A stretch of 64,000 nt of DNA, taken from assembly GCA_951406725.2 (NCBI GenBank), contig OX597834.1:868001-932000 (forward strand), read 5' to 3'. Source of the DNA: Octopus vulgaris (lineage: Eukaryota). Below the pieces are notes generated by a model. It saw only the letters and a program-made list of their open reading frames with translations, ran no database searches and was not told the origin of the DNA. Positions within the stretch are counted from its first letter, which is position 1. Each line of letters begins with the position of its first letter. Below are positions 1 through 13,237 of this stretch, piece by piece. The translations under genes were made by a program, and so were the position numbers.

Positions 1-567
1 CCGAATCAACAATCGTCCAAGCATTATTTTATCAATAATAAAGATTATGTAATCAATAAAAACGAGACATATTATCTTCATTATATATATATATATATAT
101 CGGTTAAGAAGGTCAATGTCATAATTGTTGATTCAACAAACTGGAGAGATTGTAGATTGCTTTTCAGAGGGTCTATCAACTAATGGATGACTGAAGTTCC
201 TTTCCATTCAGCTTCCTTCGTTATTCGTATCTATTTACATATCTAGTAGACTCCTTTTCCTGCTCAGAAGTGTAAATCCAATCAATTTATTGTCATCATT
301 TTGTTGTTGAATATATTGAGATGAGATTACAGATATTAAAACAATTACTTCAAGGGAGATTAATCTATCAAAAATATGCTGATATCTCGTTATACATTTA
401 ATACATTCAAAAGAGTTTCATTCTTATGACAGCTTACCTCTGCTTGTACAAGTTAAACACCTTGCTTGCTTGATATATATATATACACACACATGTACAT
501 GTGTGGGGCGGGGTGTATGTGTGTGTAGAAAATTTATAAAGATATATAAATATGTATATGCATATGT

Positions 568-2170
568 ATCATCATCATCATCATCGTTTAACGTCCGTTT
601 TCCATGGACGGTTTGACCAGGGTCTGGGAAGCCAGGAGGCTGCACCAGGCTCCAGTCTGATATGGCAGTGTTTCTACAGCTAGATGCCGTTCCTAATGTC
701 AACGTGAGTGTAGTGGATGCTTTTTACGTGCCACCAGCGCAGGTGTCAGCGGAGGCTGGCAACGTCCACAATCGGATGGTGCTTTTTACGTGCCACTGGC
801 ACAGAAGCCAGTAAAGGCGGTGCTGGCATTGGCCACGTACGGATGGTGCTTTTAACGTGCCACCGGCACAGGTAACACAACTACAATTTCCATTTGATTT
901 TTTTCATGCTGATGTACTTGACTCAAGCACAGCAGGCCGTCCTGTGATCCAAAGCACTTTAGATGGGCTGGGGCTTCTATGTGAAGCTGGTGCAGGAAAC
1001 AGCTATGAGCTCATATTATTTGTCGGGTCTTCGCAGTCACAGCATATCTCCAGAGGTCTTGGTCTTTCGTCATTGCCTCTGTTAGAGGTCATGCTTGACC
1101 ACCTCATCCCATGTCTTTCTGGGTCTACCTCTATCCCGGATTCCTTCAACTGTTTGGAAGTGGCACTTCTTCACACATCTCTCCTCATCCATCCGTAGTA
1201 TATGACCATACCAGCACAGACGTCTCTCTTGCACACCACATCTGATGCTTCTTATGTCCTGCATTTCTCTCAGGGCACTTACACTCTGTTGTGTATGCAC
1301 ACTGACATTACACATCCAGCGGATCATGCTAGCTTCATTTCTTTCAAGCCTACGGATGTCCTCTGCAGTCACAGCCCATGTTTCACTACCGTGAAGCATA
1401 GAAGTTTGCACACATATGTCGTACAATCTACCTTTTACTCTGAACGAGAGACCCTTTGTCACCAGTAGGGGTAGGAGCTTTCTAAACTTTTCCCAGGCTA
1501 TTCTTATTCTAGTGATGACACTCTCTGAGCATCCACCCCTACTACTAACTTGGTCATGTAGGTAGCGGAAACTATCAACTACTTCTAGTTTCTCCCCCAG
1601 GAGTGTAATGGAATCTGTTTTCTGAGTCGCACACAAAAGCTATCATCTCGGTTAATTTTCCTTTGATGGTGCTGCACCTCTTATGTGTCCATAGCTTACA
1701 CTGGGTACATCATATGGAGTTTCTACCAAGCCCTTTTCTCCAAATCGAGCAGGGCCACCTGCCTGAAGGGGTGTGTGGTGTGTTTGCCTTCCTACTCACT
1801 AGAACTTTGGTCTTTGTTACATTGACTCTAAGGCCTTTTGATTCTAAACCTAGCTTCCACACCTGAAATTTCTTTTCTAGTTCTGGTAGTGATTCTGCTA
1901 TGAGGGCCAGGTTATCAGCATAGAGCAACTCCCAGGGGCAATCCTTCTTGAATTCCTCTGTTATAGCCTGGAGGATTATGATGAATAAAAGGGGGATGAG
2001 GGCTGAACCTTGGTGGACGCCTACTTCTACCCGGAATTCTCCACTATACTCATTGCCAATCCTAACCTTGCTGGCGGCCTCTCTGTATAGGGCCTGTACA
2101 GCCCTTATTAACCATTCATCAATCTCCAACTTCCGCATCGCCCACCAGATAAGGGATCGGGGACCCTGTC
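568..2170 (-). mobile_element. 5'-truncated, frameshifted RTE-clade LINE (RT C-terminal half, 3' UTR and (GAT)n tail)
   Basis: Minus ORFs 1710-2138 (GVHQGSAL.PLLF, LLYADN) and 1082-1636 (LHGSETWAV, RGRPRKTW); (atc)n tail at 568-585; same family as 19700-21870 and 60670-63700. Confidence 0.9.
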
Positions 2171-2515
2171 AAATTTTCCAGTAATAATATACTATAGCTT
2201 GGTATTTTTTTGCTTCTATAAGCTTGAATATATTTTCATAGATAAAATAAATATTTATATCTATTTATTCTACTTTTATTTATACCACATTTTTAACAAG
2301 ATAAATTTATTTTAAACACTAAGTCCTACGTATTAAGTTTAAAGATTTTAGTTAACAGAATATATTCAATAAGATATTTTGTGTTTTTGCTTTAAGATAT
2401 ACTGTTGGATTTTTGTTCGATTTTTTATTGAAAAATTACGTATTTTTATATATATTTATACTTTCTTATTAGATAATATACGTATATTCATTTAATTATT
2501 TTATTGTCTTTATCT

Positions 2516-2600
2516 TGGACCTGATGAGTGACTATACTTAAATTGAATTGATTTTACTGTTATCAGTTTGAAAATATAGCCACGAAACGCATGTAGTCTA
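2516..2600 (+). ncRNA. Type I hammerhead ribozyme motif (Penelope-type, minimal stem III)
   Basis: tggac-CTGATGA-gtgactata...tatagccac-GAAAC-gcat-GTA-gtcta: stem I 5 bp (one G-U), stem II 9 bp (one mismatch), intact core, GUA cleavage triplet. Confidence 0.75.
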
Positions 2601-2876
2601 TTTACTAATTATATACTATTTATTTATTATTTTGTACTTAATTTAGTTTTAGGTAAATGTTTTATCATATCTTCAATTTTTTTTCTGTATGGTATGATTT
2701 AAGTATATCATTGTTGAATTGCTACATGGTGGTTCTTCCCTAATTTATATACATATATTATATATTGTTAAATTCAATTTAGTATTACTAAATTGAATTT
2801 TTCCCTGTAAGTTTGGAATCATATTCCCTAATATTATTATTATTATTATATATACACATGGCACTCCATCGCTTAC

Positions 2877-3240
2877 AATGACGAGGGTTCCAGTTGAATC
2901 CGATCAACGGAACAGCCTGCTTGTGAAATTAACGTGCAAGTGGCTGAGGACTCCACATACACGTATACCCTTAATGTAGTTCTCGGGGATATTCAGTGTC
3001 ACACAGAGTGTGATAGGGCTTGGCCTTTGAATTACAGGCACAGCAGAAACAGGAAGTAAGAGTGAGAGAAAGTTGTGGCGAAAGAGTACAGCAGGGTTTG
3101 CCATCATCCCCCTGCCGGAGCCTCGTGGAGCTTTAGGTGTTTTCGCTCAATAAACACTCACAATGCCCGGTCTGGGAATTGAAACCGCAATCCTATGACC
3201 ACAAGCCCGCTGCCCTAACCACTGGGCCATTGTGCCTCCA
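2877..3240 (-). mobile_element. tRNA-derived SINE
   Basis: Minus strand begins tggaggcacaaTGGCCCAGTGGttaggg...GGTTTCAATTCC (Pol III A- and B-box-like), followed by a ~300-bp body. Confidence 0.75.
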
Positions 3241-3937
3241 CATATATATGCAACTGTATCATTGTGTGTGTAGACCACTCTTTTACCATCCGGGACATGC
3301 AAGCAGACAACCTCATTTGCCTTCTTCCCCGCCCAATAATAGTGGATTATAACCCTTTTAATACACATATTATTTCTATATCTTTATATCACACTGCCCC
3401 TTGGTAACCAGATCGTCTCTTGTCCTGCTTTTCCGCTTCTGATCTGTAAATGTCAAAACACAGTACTGACCAACTTTTTCATATACTTCGGGATGACTCT
3501 TATACCTTATTTATTGTTTTTGCTTTGTGTATGCTACTTGTTTGTATCTGTTTTATATTTCAATTTTATTTGATGATGTGATTCTGGATTGACATAATCG
3601 AATATATTTTACAAATCATATTTCATATCTGTGATTATTCATTGGTCTTCATTGATCACAGAAACATTCGTAACATACATCAAATAGAAGAAATTTCATG
3701 TTTTATATTATTTTCTCATACTAGAAGCACTCTTCATACTACGTAAGAGCCTTGCACTGGTTGTATGTTCCTTTACAAGATCATGTAGCAGAGGTGGGGA
3801 GTAGAGGATTCACACTGCCTGCTTCTTATTTCTGCGATCTCATAATAAATTCTTTACAATGATCAGCAACTCATTTTAGATCATTTTGCTTTGGCAATTA
3901 TCTTTATATATTTGTTGTTGTTGTTTTTTTTCTTTAG

Positions 3938-4084
3938 CTTTACAACCAAAATGCATCGGCTGCAAGGTTTTGGGTGAATGTATTTGTGGCAGGTCGTTTT
4001 GGGTTACTGAAACAGTAGATCTATGTATGATGAGGGAATGTCGATGGGTCTACGAAGAATGGCGAGTGATCGGTGCTTTCATAG
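3938..4084 (+). CDS. Internal coding exon (phase 1-1) of small Cys/Trp-rich protein, paralogue 1
   Basis: Polypyrimidine tract and AG at 3936-3937, GTAAGA donor at 4085, 147 nt. Encodes (A)LQPKCIGCKVLGECICGRSFWVTETVDLCMMRECRWVYEEWRVIGAFI; same Cys/Trp spacing as exon 51112-51249. Confidence 0.85.
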
Positions 4085-4454
4085 GTAAGAATACACTAAC
4101 ATTTTCTGCAGTGATTAATAATTTCAAATACCGAATTCTATCAAAGCGACAAGCTCATATACTTTTGAGTACGATGGATAAAATCGATTTAATTACTCCA
4201 ATACTCTTCAAGTACTTGTTTTATCGAGTACCAGCAGAGTACTGGGGTAATTAAATCAATATTACATTTCTTCAAAATGTGTGCTGTTTTGCCTTTGATA
4301 GAATTCAACAGTTCAAAGTATTTAGTCTTTCATTTTGGCTATTGTTCCTGATTAGCATCCATCTTTATTCATACATAGTCTAGCTAACAGTTAACTTTCT
4401 TTGTGATTATTTATACCTGATTCATCAGACACATAATCATCTTCTACTTGGAAG

Positions 4455-4486
<32 letters not shown>

Positions 4487-4589
4487 CATACATGCTGTAT
4501 ATATTGATAGACCACTAAATTAAACACACTACATTGTTCATTTTCAAAATGAAATGAAGTTATGCTCACAAACAAATGCATGGTGGCAA

Positions 4590-5790
4590 TCACATCGACA
4601 ATGCCCTTCTTAATACATGTGACGTTCCAGTTAAAACAATCTTTTGTACTTCTTGGTAAACAAGGGATCATTCTCAAATAATTTTGAGTTCCTTCTTTGA
4701 TCATTCTTAGTGTTCCTACAATCACTGCTATTGTAACCGCCTTGAAATGCCACATTTTTTCAATTTGAATGAGCAAAATCTTTAAATTTTCTGAGCTTGT
4801 CTAATTCTTTTTCCAAGATATTATGTTCACAAGGAATGTTCATGTTGATCGATAAACAAACTTTATTGTTTTGGTCTTTCACAATATCCGGTTTATTAGC
4901 TTTGATGGTTTCTGACTGTATGTACTGGACATGGAAGTCCCAAAGAATCGTTAGATTTTCTTCCTCTGTTACAACCTTAGGGCGGTGATTATAAACCTTG
5001 TCAGTAATTTTGACTTTATAATACTGTCATATTAACCAGCGTAGATATAGGCTAGCTCTGTCGTGTTTTGATGTTTACTCTGCTGGTACTAAAACTTTAG
5101 ATCTAGAGAGTAGGTGGTTCACTGACTCAATTATATCCTGTCAGAATTTGCATTTTGAATCAACTCCCATTTTCTTCATATTGGCTTGGTATTTCCAGGT
5201 CAATAAGTTTTGATACAGGGCAGCTAATATGAAGCTCTCGCTCTCTACCTTTAGCCCTGAACACCATAGCCACAGATGGGTGTGCTTCTGATCTACATCA
5301 TTTTGTTTGCTACGGACCACATATTTGCCATGCAGTGATTTCTGCTCCCACCTATCAGCCAACTGCTTGTATGCATTTTACTTCCCTCAGGTTGTCCAGC
5401 CTGGGCATCATGTGTAAAATCAACATCATTTTTATTTTTGCTCTCCTTTATGACAGAATGAAGTTTCTTACGTCTCTCTTGGTTTTCAATGAGTTTTAGC
5501 ATCCAGTCGTTTGTTGTTTCAAATTGGATCAGGCCTTGACCTCCATGGATTCTGAGAAGGTAAAAAGGATCCACATCTACCTTTGGATGGTGCATCTTAT
5601 TACAAATGAGCAACTTGCGTATTTTTGTCGATTTTCTTCACTTCAGTGGTATTCCAATTCAACGCATTATATTTATAAGTAACAACTGGAACTGCTAAGA
5701 AATTTATGTGCATTTAGCTCAGATTTTAAGACTGCTCAAACTCTCCTAGAACATTCCTTCCTGATCTTCCCTTTCATGATTGCATGTTAA
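4590..5790 (-). mobile_element. Degraded Dong/R4-type (RLE) non-LTR retrotransposon fragment
   Basis: Minus ORF fragments with HHPK.DVD..YL.R..GG.GL, W..KSLHGKY, SGLK.ESE.FI.AA and EIEKMW...VIVG.L motifs. Confidence 0.8.
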
Positions 5791-6229
5791 ATACCACAGT
5801 CTTCATTTATTCTGATTTGTTCTGGCAGAAGTTCTTTTATAACTTTGTCAACATCTCGGTGGCATTTTATCATGTCCAATAATTTATTTGCTTTCTTCTT
5901 GACAAATTCTTCTCCTCTGTTCGGGTTTATGCCTCTTATGACTAATGAGGCCGATTCTTGGATGGAAGCGTCTGGTGCAAATTTCACAAGAGATCCATGA
6001 TAGAGACTTTGGTCATTGCAGCCTCCATTTTATTTCTTGTCATTCCTCTTTCTCTTTCTTCTGTCGTTCAGCTTCAAAATGTCACAGTGGAGATGGAATG
6101 ATGCCAGCAGGGCCTGTCCTGAACTTCAATGTCTCAAGCTTTGGGATTGATTCCAGTCAGTTTTAGGCTTTGCTACAGTTGATCTTTGTATCGACAGAGG
6201 GGAAGGCCAAGGAGTCGTCTTCCAGTGGA

Positions 6230-6655
6230 AAGTTCACCATATAAAATTTAACGCGGCAGCCTGGTTTCTTTCATTCTTGTTATGTGGCCCGCAAATCTCA
6301 GACAATGTTTCAGGATGGTAGCCACGATGCTACTGATTTTAGTTCTCTCCAAAATGGAAACATCGGTAACATAGCCATTCCATTTGATATTCATAAAGAG
6401 CAGAGCTTCTGCTGATGAAATCACTCTAGTTTTTTGATGTCACTTCAGTAAAGAGTCCAGATTTCACAACCATAGAGGAGAGTAGAGATCACAACTGCTT
6501 GGTAGGCACTCAATTTTGTTTTGTGGTTCAGATCTTTGTTCTTAAAGACCCTTTTGCGAGTCCAACAAACGCGGTGTGAGCTGCTCTTAATCGGTTCTCC
6601 AGGTCCTCTTCTGATGTGCACTTATTCGAAAGCAAACTTCTAAGGTATGGAAAGT
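6230..6655 (-). mobile_element. Degraded RTE/BovB-like RT C-terminal fragment
   Basis: FPYLRSLLSNKCTSEEDLENRLRAAHTAF in minus ORF 6528-6830, abutting a Dong-type RT piece. Confidence 0.55.
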
Positions 6656-7460
6656 GGTCAACATCTAATACAACTGAATTTGTGGTCTTCAATTTCCATT
6701 TCTGGGAAGTGGGCTTGGCACACTTATCAATACCAAACTCCATCCCGATATCATCAACGAATACTTTCACAGTACGTAATAGACCTTCAAGCTTATTACT
6801 ATCTTTGCCATAGCATTTTACATCATCCATATAAAATAGATAGCTTATTTTCTTAATGTCAAGTTTACACCCATACCCTGTTCTGTTATGTTCATTTGTA
6901 AGGGGTTTTAGAGCTATGTAAAAAATTAGAGATGAAAGTGAGTCACCTTAGAAAATGTCACAATTGATGATAATATTGTTTGAAGCTATCACCCCAATAT
7001 AGTGAGATTTGTATTCCCCAATGTCACATTATGCTTCAGGAAGTTTGAAATTACTGGAGAAATTTTGAAGATGTCCAGCGATTTCAAGATCAATGAATGC
7101 GATATGCTGTTCAGAGCCTTTTTTTAAATCAATCCATGCGAGACTGAGATTTCTGCAATTGTTGTGACAGTTCTTCAGGATCATGTGATTAATTAGGTGT
7201 TGATCTTTGCATCCATATGAGCCTCGACGGTACCCTTTTTGTTCAGTGAGGAAAATATTGTCCAGTTCCATAAATGTATATGTTTACTCCACGAAGACAG
7301 ATGTTAAAATTTTATATAGGTTAAAATTTTATATAAAAATTTTGGCTTCATTATTCTTTTGGAGTAGGTAAGTAATACTATTTGCTAATCAACTAAGCAT
7401 TTTTCTTAGGATCCCGCATAATTTTATTAAACAGCTGAATTAAATTTTCGTGTGCACACG
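6656..7460 (-). mobile_element. Degraded Dong/R4-type RT fragment
   Basis: EQKG.RRGSYGCKDQ.LIN, LAWID.KK and YMDD.K.Y...DIGMEFG.DKCAK motifs. Confidence 0.8.
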
Positions 7461-7580
7461 GGAGCGATGAAGGCCAGAAATTTGGCACCCTGTGTATACA
7501 CCATTGATCTATTTTTTCTTTTTACAATGTTTAGTGAAATTTTCCTGTACTTTAGAGTTTTTGTAATTGTGTACTCTTTT

Positions 7581-7971
7581 TACTCCTTTTTACTTGTTTC
7601 AGTCATTTAACTGCGGCCATGCTGGAGCACCGCCTTTAGTCGAGCAAATCGACCCCGGGACTTATTCTTTGTAAGCCCAGTACTTATTCTATCGGTCTCT
7701 TTTGACAGGGACGTAAACACACCAGCATCGGTTGTCAAGCAATGCTAGGGGAACAAACACAGACACACAAACATATTCACACACACTTATATATATATAC
7801 ATATATACGACAGGCTTCTTTCAGTTTCCGTCTACCAAATCCACTCACAAGGCATTGGTCGGCCCGGGGCTATAGCAGAAGACACTTGCCCAAGATGCCA
7901 CGCAGTGGGACTGAACCCGGAACCATGTGGTTGGTTAGCAAGCTACTTATCAAACAGCCACTCCTGCGCCT
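7581..7971 (-). mobile_element. tRNA-derived SINE (family also at 19060-19420 and 22254-22537)
   Basis: Minus strand ggcgcaggagTGGCTGTTTGA...GGTTCAGTCCC head; 3' end atgactgaaacaagtaaaa shared with the other copies. Confidence 0.85.
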
Positions 7972-8020
7972 ATAGTTTCTTAATATAACAGTTACTTATT
8001 TTCTGTTGTTGATATTATTT

Positions 8021-9114
8021 CTAGCAAATCTATCCGTCTACGATGGGGCCATAAAACAAGGGAAGGAAGTCATAACAGAAGTATGTATCGAGATAAGTCT
8101 ATGATAGATTACTGGGTGATGTCTTGGGAAAATCACATTATTGTTGGTAATACAGCATTCTATAGCAGCTATATGACATGTGTTTGCGATTAAGTGACGT
8201 GATGATGATCCACTCCCAAACTGAAATAGGCTCCCAGCCTCTGTATCATGAATGGTTATGTGGACCACTCCTAACGAAAGCCAAAGCTTCTTTCAACCAC
8301 TACATAAAAAGTATTAAGAAAAAATTGTTACTTAGATATACTTTTATTTTAGTTGTTTACACTATTTTATGCTGGTTTATACTCTTACACATTCAAAGTT
8401 CACAAATTTCCTTATTTAAATTATGAATCATATTCCTTTCGATAAAATCAATATGATTACAAAACTTCTTTGTAGACAATATTTTCTGTTTGGTGTACAC
8501 TAATTTTCAAGTTGCTCTACTCATTGCGATGTGTAATTGGCCACATGTAAACATTGGAGTGGGTAAAAATACACCTACACAATCTAAAGCCTGGCCCAGT
8601 GTCTTCTTTACTGCAAATGTGCATGCTGAATCATTAGGGTTGCAAATATTTAAACTAAGACTTGCCGCTCACTGTTCTGTGCAAATAATGTCTGGATGTT
8701 CTTGTACCATGGGTTATTTTGATCGACAAAACTGAGATGTAAACAACAGCTGCTTCGATTAGCGGTTTCGAATCTTGCTCGAGACCTTGTATACTGACAC
8801 ACACTTTTTCCATTTTATTTTTGCTATTAACCGTCCTCATGACCCCCTTCGTATCTACGATGGAGCCACGAACTATACAATGAAAATCCAGAGTTACTCG
8901 TGGTTGGTGAATTTTTTCATAAATATGCGAAAGTAGTTTAGCAATTCAAAAATCAATATCCACAAAATAATCATACTTTGTGATGTTTTAATGCTAAAAG
9001 CCTTCCTTACGACCGTGTTTGTAATCCTGAAAACTATTGTAACAATTGGTCCAGCTGTGAAGAGGGAACAGACAAAGAGATTGAGAGACGGACGTAACTT
9101 CCATTATAGTAAGA
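8021..9114 (-). mobile_element. Internally deleted Helitron with Pif1-helicase C-terminal remnant
   Basis: 5' TC at 9114; 3' hairpin ccatcgtagacgg followed by CTAG at 8021-8024. Minus translation of ~8467-8620 gives FAVKKTLGQALDCVGVFLPTPMFTCGQLHIAMSRA...ENIVYKEVL*, a degenerate match to Helitron helicase motifs V/VI. Confidence 0.75.
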
Positions 9115-9421
9115 TAGCAAATCTCCTCATCTACGATGGGAAATAAAGGGATATTATTGCAAATCTAAACCCTCTAAATTCATGAACTATACGGGATGGG
9201 GGGATTCCAAAGTTAATCCTCGTCGCCGGAATTTAAAAACAAAAAAAATCAAAGGTGATTTAGTAATACAAATCACAATATCCACTAAATAATCATACTT
9301 TTTCACACTTTTTTTGCTAAAAATCTTCCTGATTACCTGCTTCATAATCCCGACCATTGGTCCAGTCATTTGAGCATGAAGAGGGAAAAGAGAAATGGAC
9401 ATAATGCCCATTATAGCAAGA
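9115..9421 (-). mobile_element. Short non-autonomous Helitron, head-to-tail with 8021-9114
   Basis: Same 5' start (tcttgctataatgg vs tcttactataatgg) and same 3' end (cccatcgtagat...gatttgcta) as the neighbouring copy. Confidence 0.65.
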
Positions 9422-9454
9422 TTGTTATTATTATTATTATCATTATTATATGCA

Positions 9455-12400
9455 AACTCACAGCTTATTTTGCTGGATATGATGGAAAATGTCAGCTGTC
9501 CACGGGTGACACATGTTTACTGAGAATGCTTCAAGAACCTCGCAAAGAATTCTCGCAGTTCCAAGTAATGCTGATTTTTGTAGGTGTTCTACCTTCACAC
9601 TCGCATTGATCTTTTTCAGCCATGTTGGCAGTTGAGTGATGATACTGCCAAGTGCACCAATTACTATTGGTACCACATCTTCCCTCTTCATTGACCACAA
9701 CCTTTGTATTTCCCACTTCAAATTGTTATAGTTGTTTATTTTTTCTCCTTCTTTCACATTGATCCTGTTGTCACCAGAGCATGCTATATGGATTTTCATA
9801 CACGTTCTTACTTGCCACATCCAAGATATCTCAGTCTCAAGGTTCTTATATTTGGACAATTTTTCAAATTCCTTTGCTGAGATGTTTCTATCAGTAAGCA
9901 CTGTCATATCAATTAACAGGCAGTTTTTTTGTTGTATATCTCTGATGTCGATATCTGGTCTGTTAGCATTTATTTGCCTGTTTGTATCCCATAATCCTAT
10001 AGGATGGTAACATTTTCTCTCTCAGTGACTGGCTCTGGATGGTGTTCATACTAGTTCTTAGTGGGCGGGATATGGTATATGAGGCCAGTGCAAATATTGG
10101 CCTGGTTTTATATCCTGTAAGGGCAGCCAGCAACGATGTGATCAATACTCTCAAGTTTGTCATTGCAGAGTCTACACTTTGTGACTACTTCATTGTGTAT
10201 GGCATTAGATTGACAGTTCCAAGTGGGGAGACTCTGATTGTGTGCCACTAGGATAAATTCTTCTGTTTCGGCTTTCAAACTGACTGCAGCCACTGATGGG
10301 TTCTTCTTACATCTACATCAGCTTCCCCAGCTTGTTTGGGGCATTGTCCAATGGTTTTCTTGCCTCAGTCACGATATTTTGTTCAAGATTTCTTGTCTAT
10401 CTTTTGTTTTATACTTTTTTGCTGCCTTAGTGAGTGATGTGTCCTTCTATCATCATCATAATCAGTGGAGTTAAGCTCTCGTCTCTATTTATATGCCCCT
10501 TTGAGATTGAGTGCAGTTTTTACTCTGTTCATGTTGTCTTCCCAGCTGTATCATCCAGTCGGTGTTACTTGGAATTCTATTGTGGTTGTTTCATAGGGCA
10601 TTTCAAGCTGGATAAAGCCTCTGCCGCCTTCCTTTCATGGAAGATAGTGCCTGTGGACGTCTGATTTTGAGTGGTGCATCTTGTTTCTCGCCAGCAGTTT
10701 ACTGGTCTTTATATCCAAATGCTGGAGATCACTCAGATTCCAATTCATGGCATTAAATGTATACTGGACAGCTGGTACCACCAGTGAGTTCATAGCTACA
10801 ATTCTATTCTTTGAGTTCAGCTCAGTATTTAGGTCCCCTCTGACAGTCTTTAATACCCTTTCTTGATCTTCTCTTTCATTGATCCGTGTTGAATCCCTTT
10901 CCCTTCCTGTATCCCAAGATACTTATAAAAGTCTTCTTGGTCCTGGTCCTTGATAGATGTATCCTGATCAAGTTGGGTCGTGCTATTAGCTTTCAATTTA
11001 CCACATATGAACGAAGCTTTTGCGCACTTGTCAAGGCCAAATTCCATGCTAATGTCATTGTTGAAATGTTCCACATTTACTAGTAGCCCTTTCAGATCTT
11101 TGTCGTCTTTTGCATTTAATTTCAGATCATCCATGGAGAACAAGTGTGAGATGATCTTGTCAAACATTTTGTAACCGTAATTTGTTCTATTTAGCTCGTG
11201 GGACAAGGAAATGAGAGAAAGACCGAAAAAGAGAGGGAAAAGTAAATCGCCTTGGAATATTTTGATACTCTTTATTGAGAAATAATTTTGTGTTCCTCAG
11301 TCCTATACTGTGCTGTAGAAAAGCTTTTAAGAAAGGAGTGATCCTGTGTGTATTTAGTATCATTAATATCCAGCTATGTGGGACACTGTCAAATGCCTTA
11401 CCATAGTCAATCCATGTTGTGCTAAGATTTCGTTTTTTGGATGAGTAATTTTCAAGTATCACATGGTTTATTAATAGCTGATCTTTTCAAACGTATGAGT
11501 TCCTTTTGCACTCCTTTTTGTTCAAGGAGAAGGATGCTATTTTCATAGGGAAATTGATACATCCTTTCGGTGAGGATGGATGTAAGTATTTTGTACATAG
11601 CAGTCAATCAAACAAGTTATCAGCCTGTAGTTTTTTGGTTTTTGTACTACTTGTTTTAGGGAGTAGGTATGTTATCCCTAATGTTAGCCAGCTTGGAGTC
11701 TTTTCGGGGCTTTTGATGACATTAGAGAAGCATTCCATTAACTAACGGTGTGTTGATGAGAGGCTATTAGGCCAGAAGTTTGGAATTTTATCATGTCTAG
11801 GAGACCTCCACTTATGAGTATTAGATAGAACTCAGTTCCCGCATTGTAACATCGTTGCATCCCTGACCTTCAATTTTAGCCATTCTTTCTTCTCTCCCAA
11901 CCCATTCAGCTTCCTTATTGAATTCCTTTCTTCTGCTCCATATATATATGTATCAGGTGAGTCTTTTACTTTGATCGATTGTTTCCCCAACTCACTGTAA
12001 AATTTCTTAACATCAATTTTAAATATCTTATTTTGTTTGTAAAATTTGTTTCTCTTTCCATAAGCGTTGGACCTGCATGTTATGCGTAACCATCTCTTTT
12101 GCTCTCAGTACTTCATTCAAGTTTATCCGATTGTATTTTCACTGTATCTTTCTAGCCATTCTTGTCTTTACAATATTTCTTTTGGAGAGTTTGTCTGAGA
12201 TCGATAATTCCAATTGGAAGTTCTCGATTGCCTTATTTATGCGCTCTTTCCACCTTCAATAGTCATGTGCTTTTTTGTGAGCCTTTTTCTTTATTTTGAC
12301 ATTGCCCATTTTCTTTGTGACAGCAGCAGCTGTTGAGTACATAAGGTGGTTTAATGGAGTTAAATCACTCTCAGTCTCAAGGAGAAGCTGCTTCAGGGCA

Positions 12401-13230
12401 AAGTCATATATTTTGATCGTACAGTGATTTGACTTGGTTTTTTGAAATTTTGGTAGTTGAGCTCCCTCATTCCGAGATGTTTAGGGATTCCTCGCTCTCA
12501 CAGGATATCCTTTTTTGCCTCAAGTATTTTCTCTTTATTGGCTTCAGCAAATGCATCAGCCATTGCCGCTTCAGGTTCATTTCTACTTCCTGTTACTTTA
12601 CTTTCTGTTCGGCCATCTACAACTTCAGGTTCTAAGTTGCCTAAATCAATATCATGTTCAGGGGTGTCTATATTAATAAGTTGAATGTTTTCCTCCTAGT
12701 ACCTGTACTATGTAGTTCAGCTTGATTTTCTGGGATGGTAGTGGCATTATTTCTTATTGTCTCTAATTCTACTTTTGGCAGGTGCTTATTACACATAATG
12801 TCTCCACGTACTTTTTCTAATTTGCTTGCATCAATATAATCAGGGGTGCCATCCCCTATCATTTTTCTCCAAATATTGAAACACGACTCAGTCTTAATGT
12901 GACCTTGTTGGTTCTGTGCTGTGTAGAATGCTGTCTGAAATTGCTTATACTCCTCTCACGTCCATCTATTTTTAGTGATCCTTTCGAATTTATGGTGTGG
13001 AGGCTGATTTCTCGGTTCTGATTTCCATTAAGATCATTTTCAGAGGAGTTTATTCCAATTTTCAACTTTTCGACCCCAGGTTGGTTCCGCTGTGGGGAAC
13101 ACATCCCTTGGTAACCCATGTGATGGATGATGAGATCTAATCTGTTTCTAATCTGCGTTTTACATGAAGAATCCATTTTAACTTTGTTGGCAAGGAGTGA
13201 TTTTCATCGCTACTCTAGACAGATTTGCTT
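9455..13230 (-). mobile_element. Degraded near-full-length Dong/R4-type RLE LINE (possibly two nested copies)
   Basis: Ordered minus fragments: N-terminal region, WIDY.KAFDSVPH, HLFSMDDLKL, CRLC...ES.DHI...C and LQKSALLGTARIL; many stops and frameshifts. Confidence 0.85.
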
Positions 13231-13237
13231 CATCAAG

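Noticed and set aside
2877-3240. tRNA genes at SINE heads (also ~7900-7971 and ~48150-48222)
   Set aside because: A/B boxes are present but there is no full cloverleaf, and they continue into SINE bodies.
1-3937. Signal-peptide exon for paralogue 1
   Set aside because: No ATG-hydrophobic-phase-1-donor candidate found; it probably lies upstream of the window.
4395-4435. Minus-strand CTGATGA...GAAA
   Set aside because: No stem II or stem I pairing.
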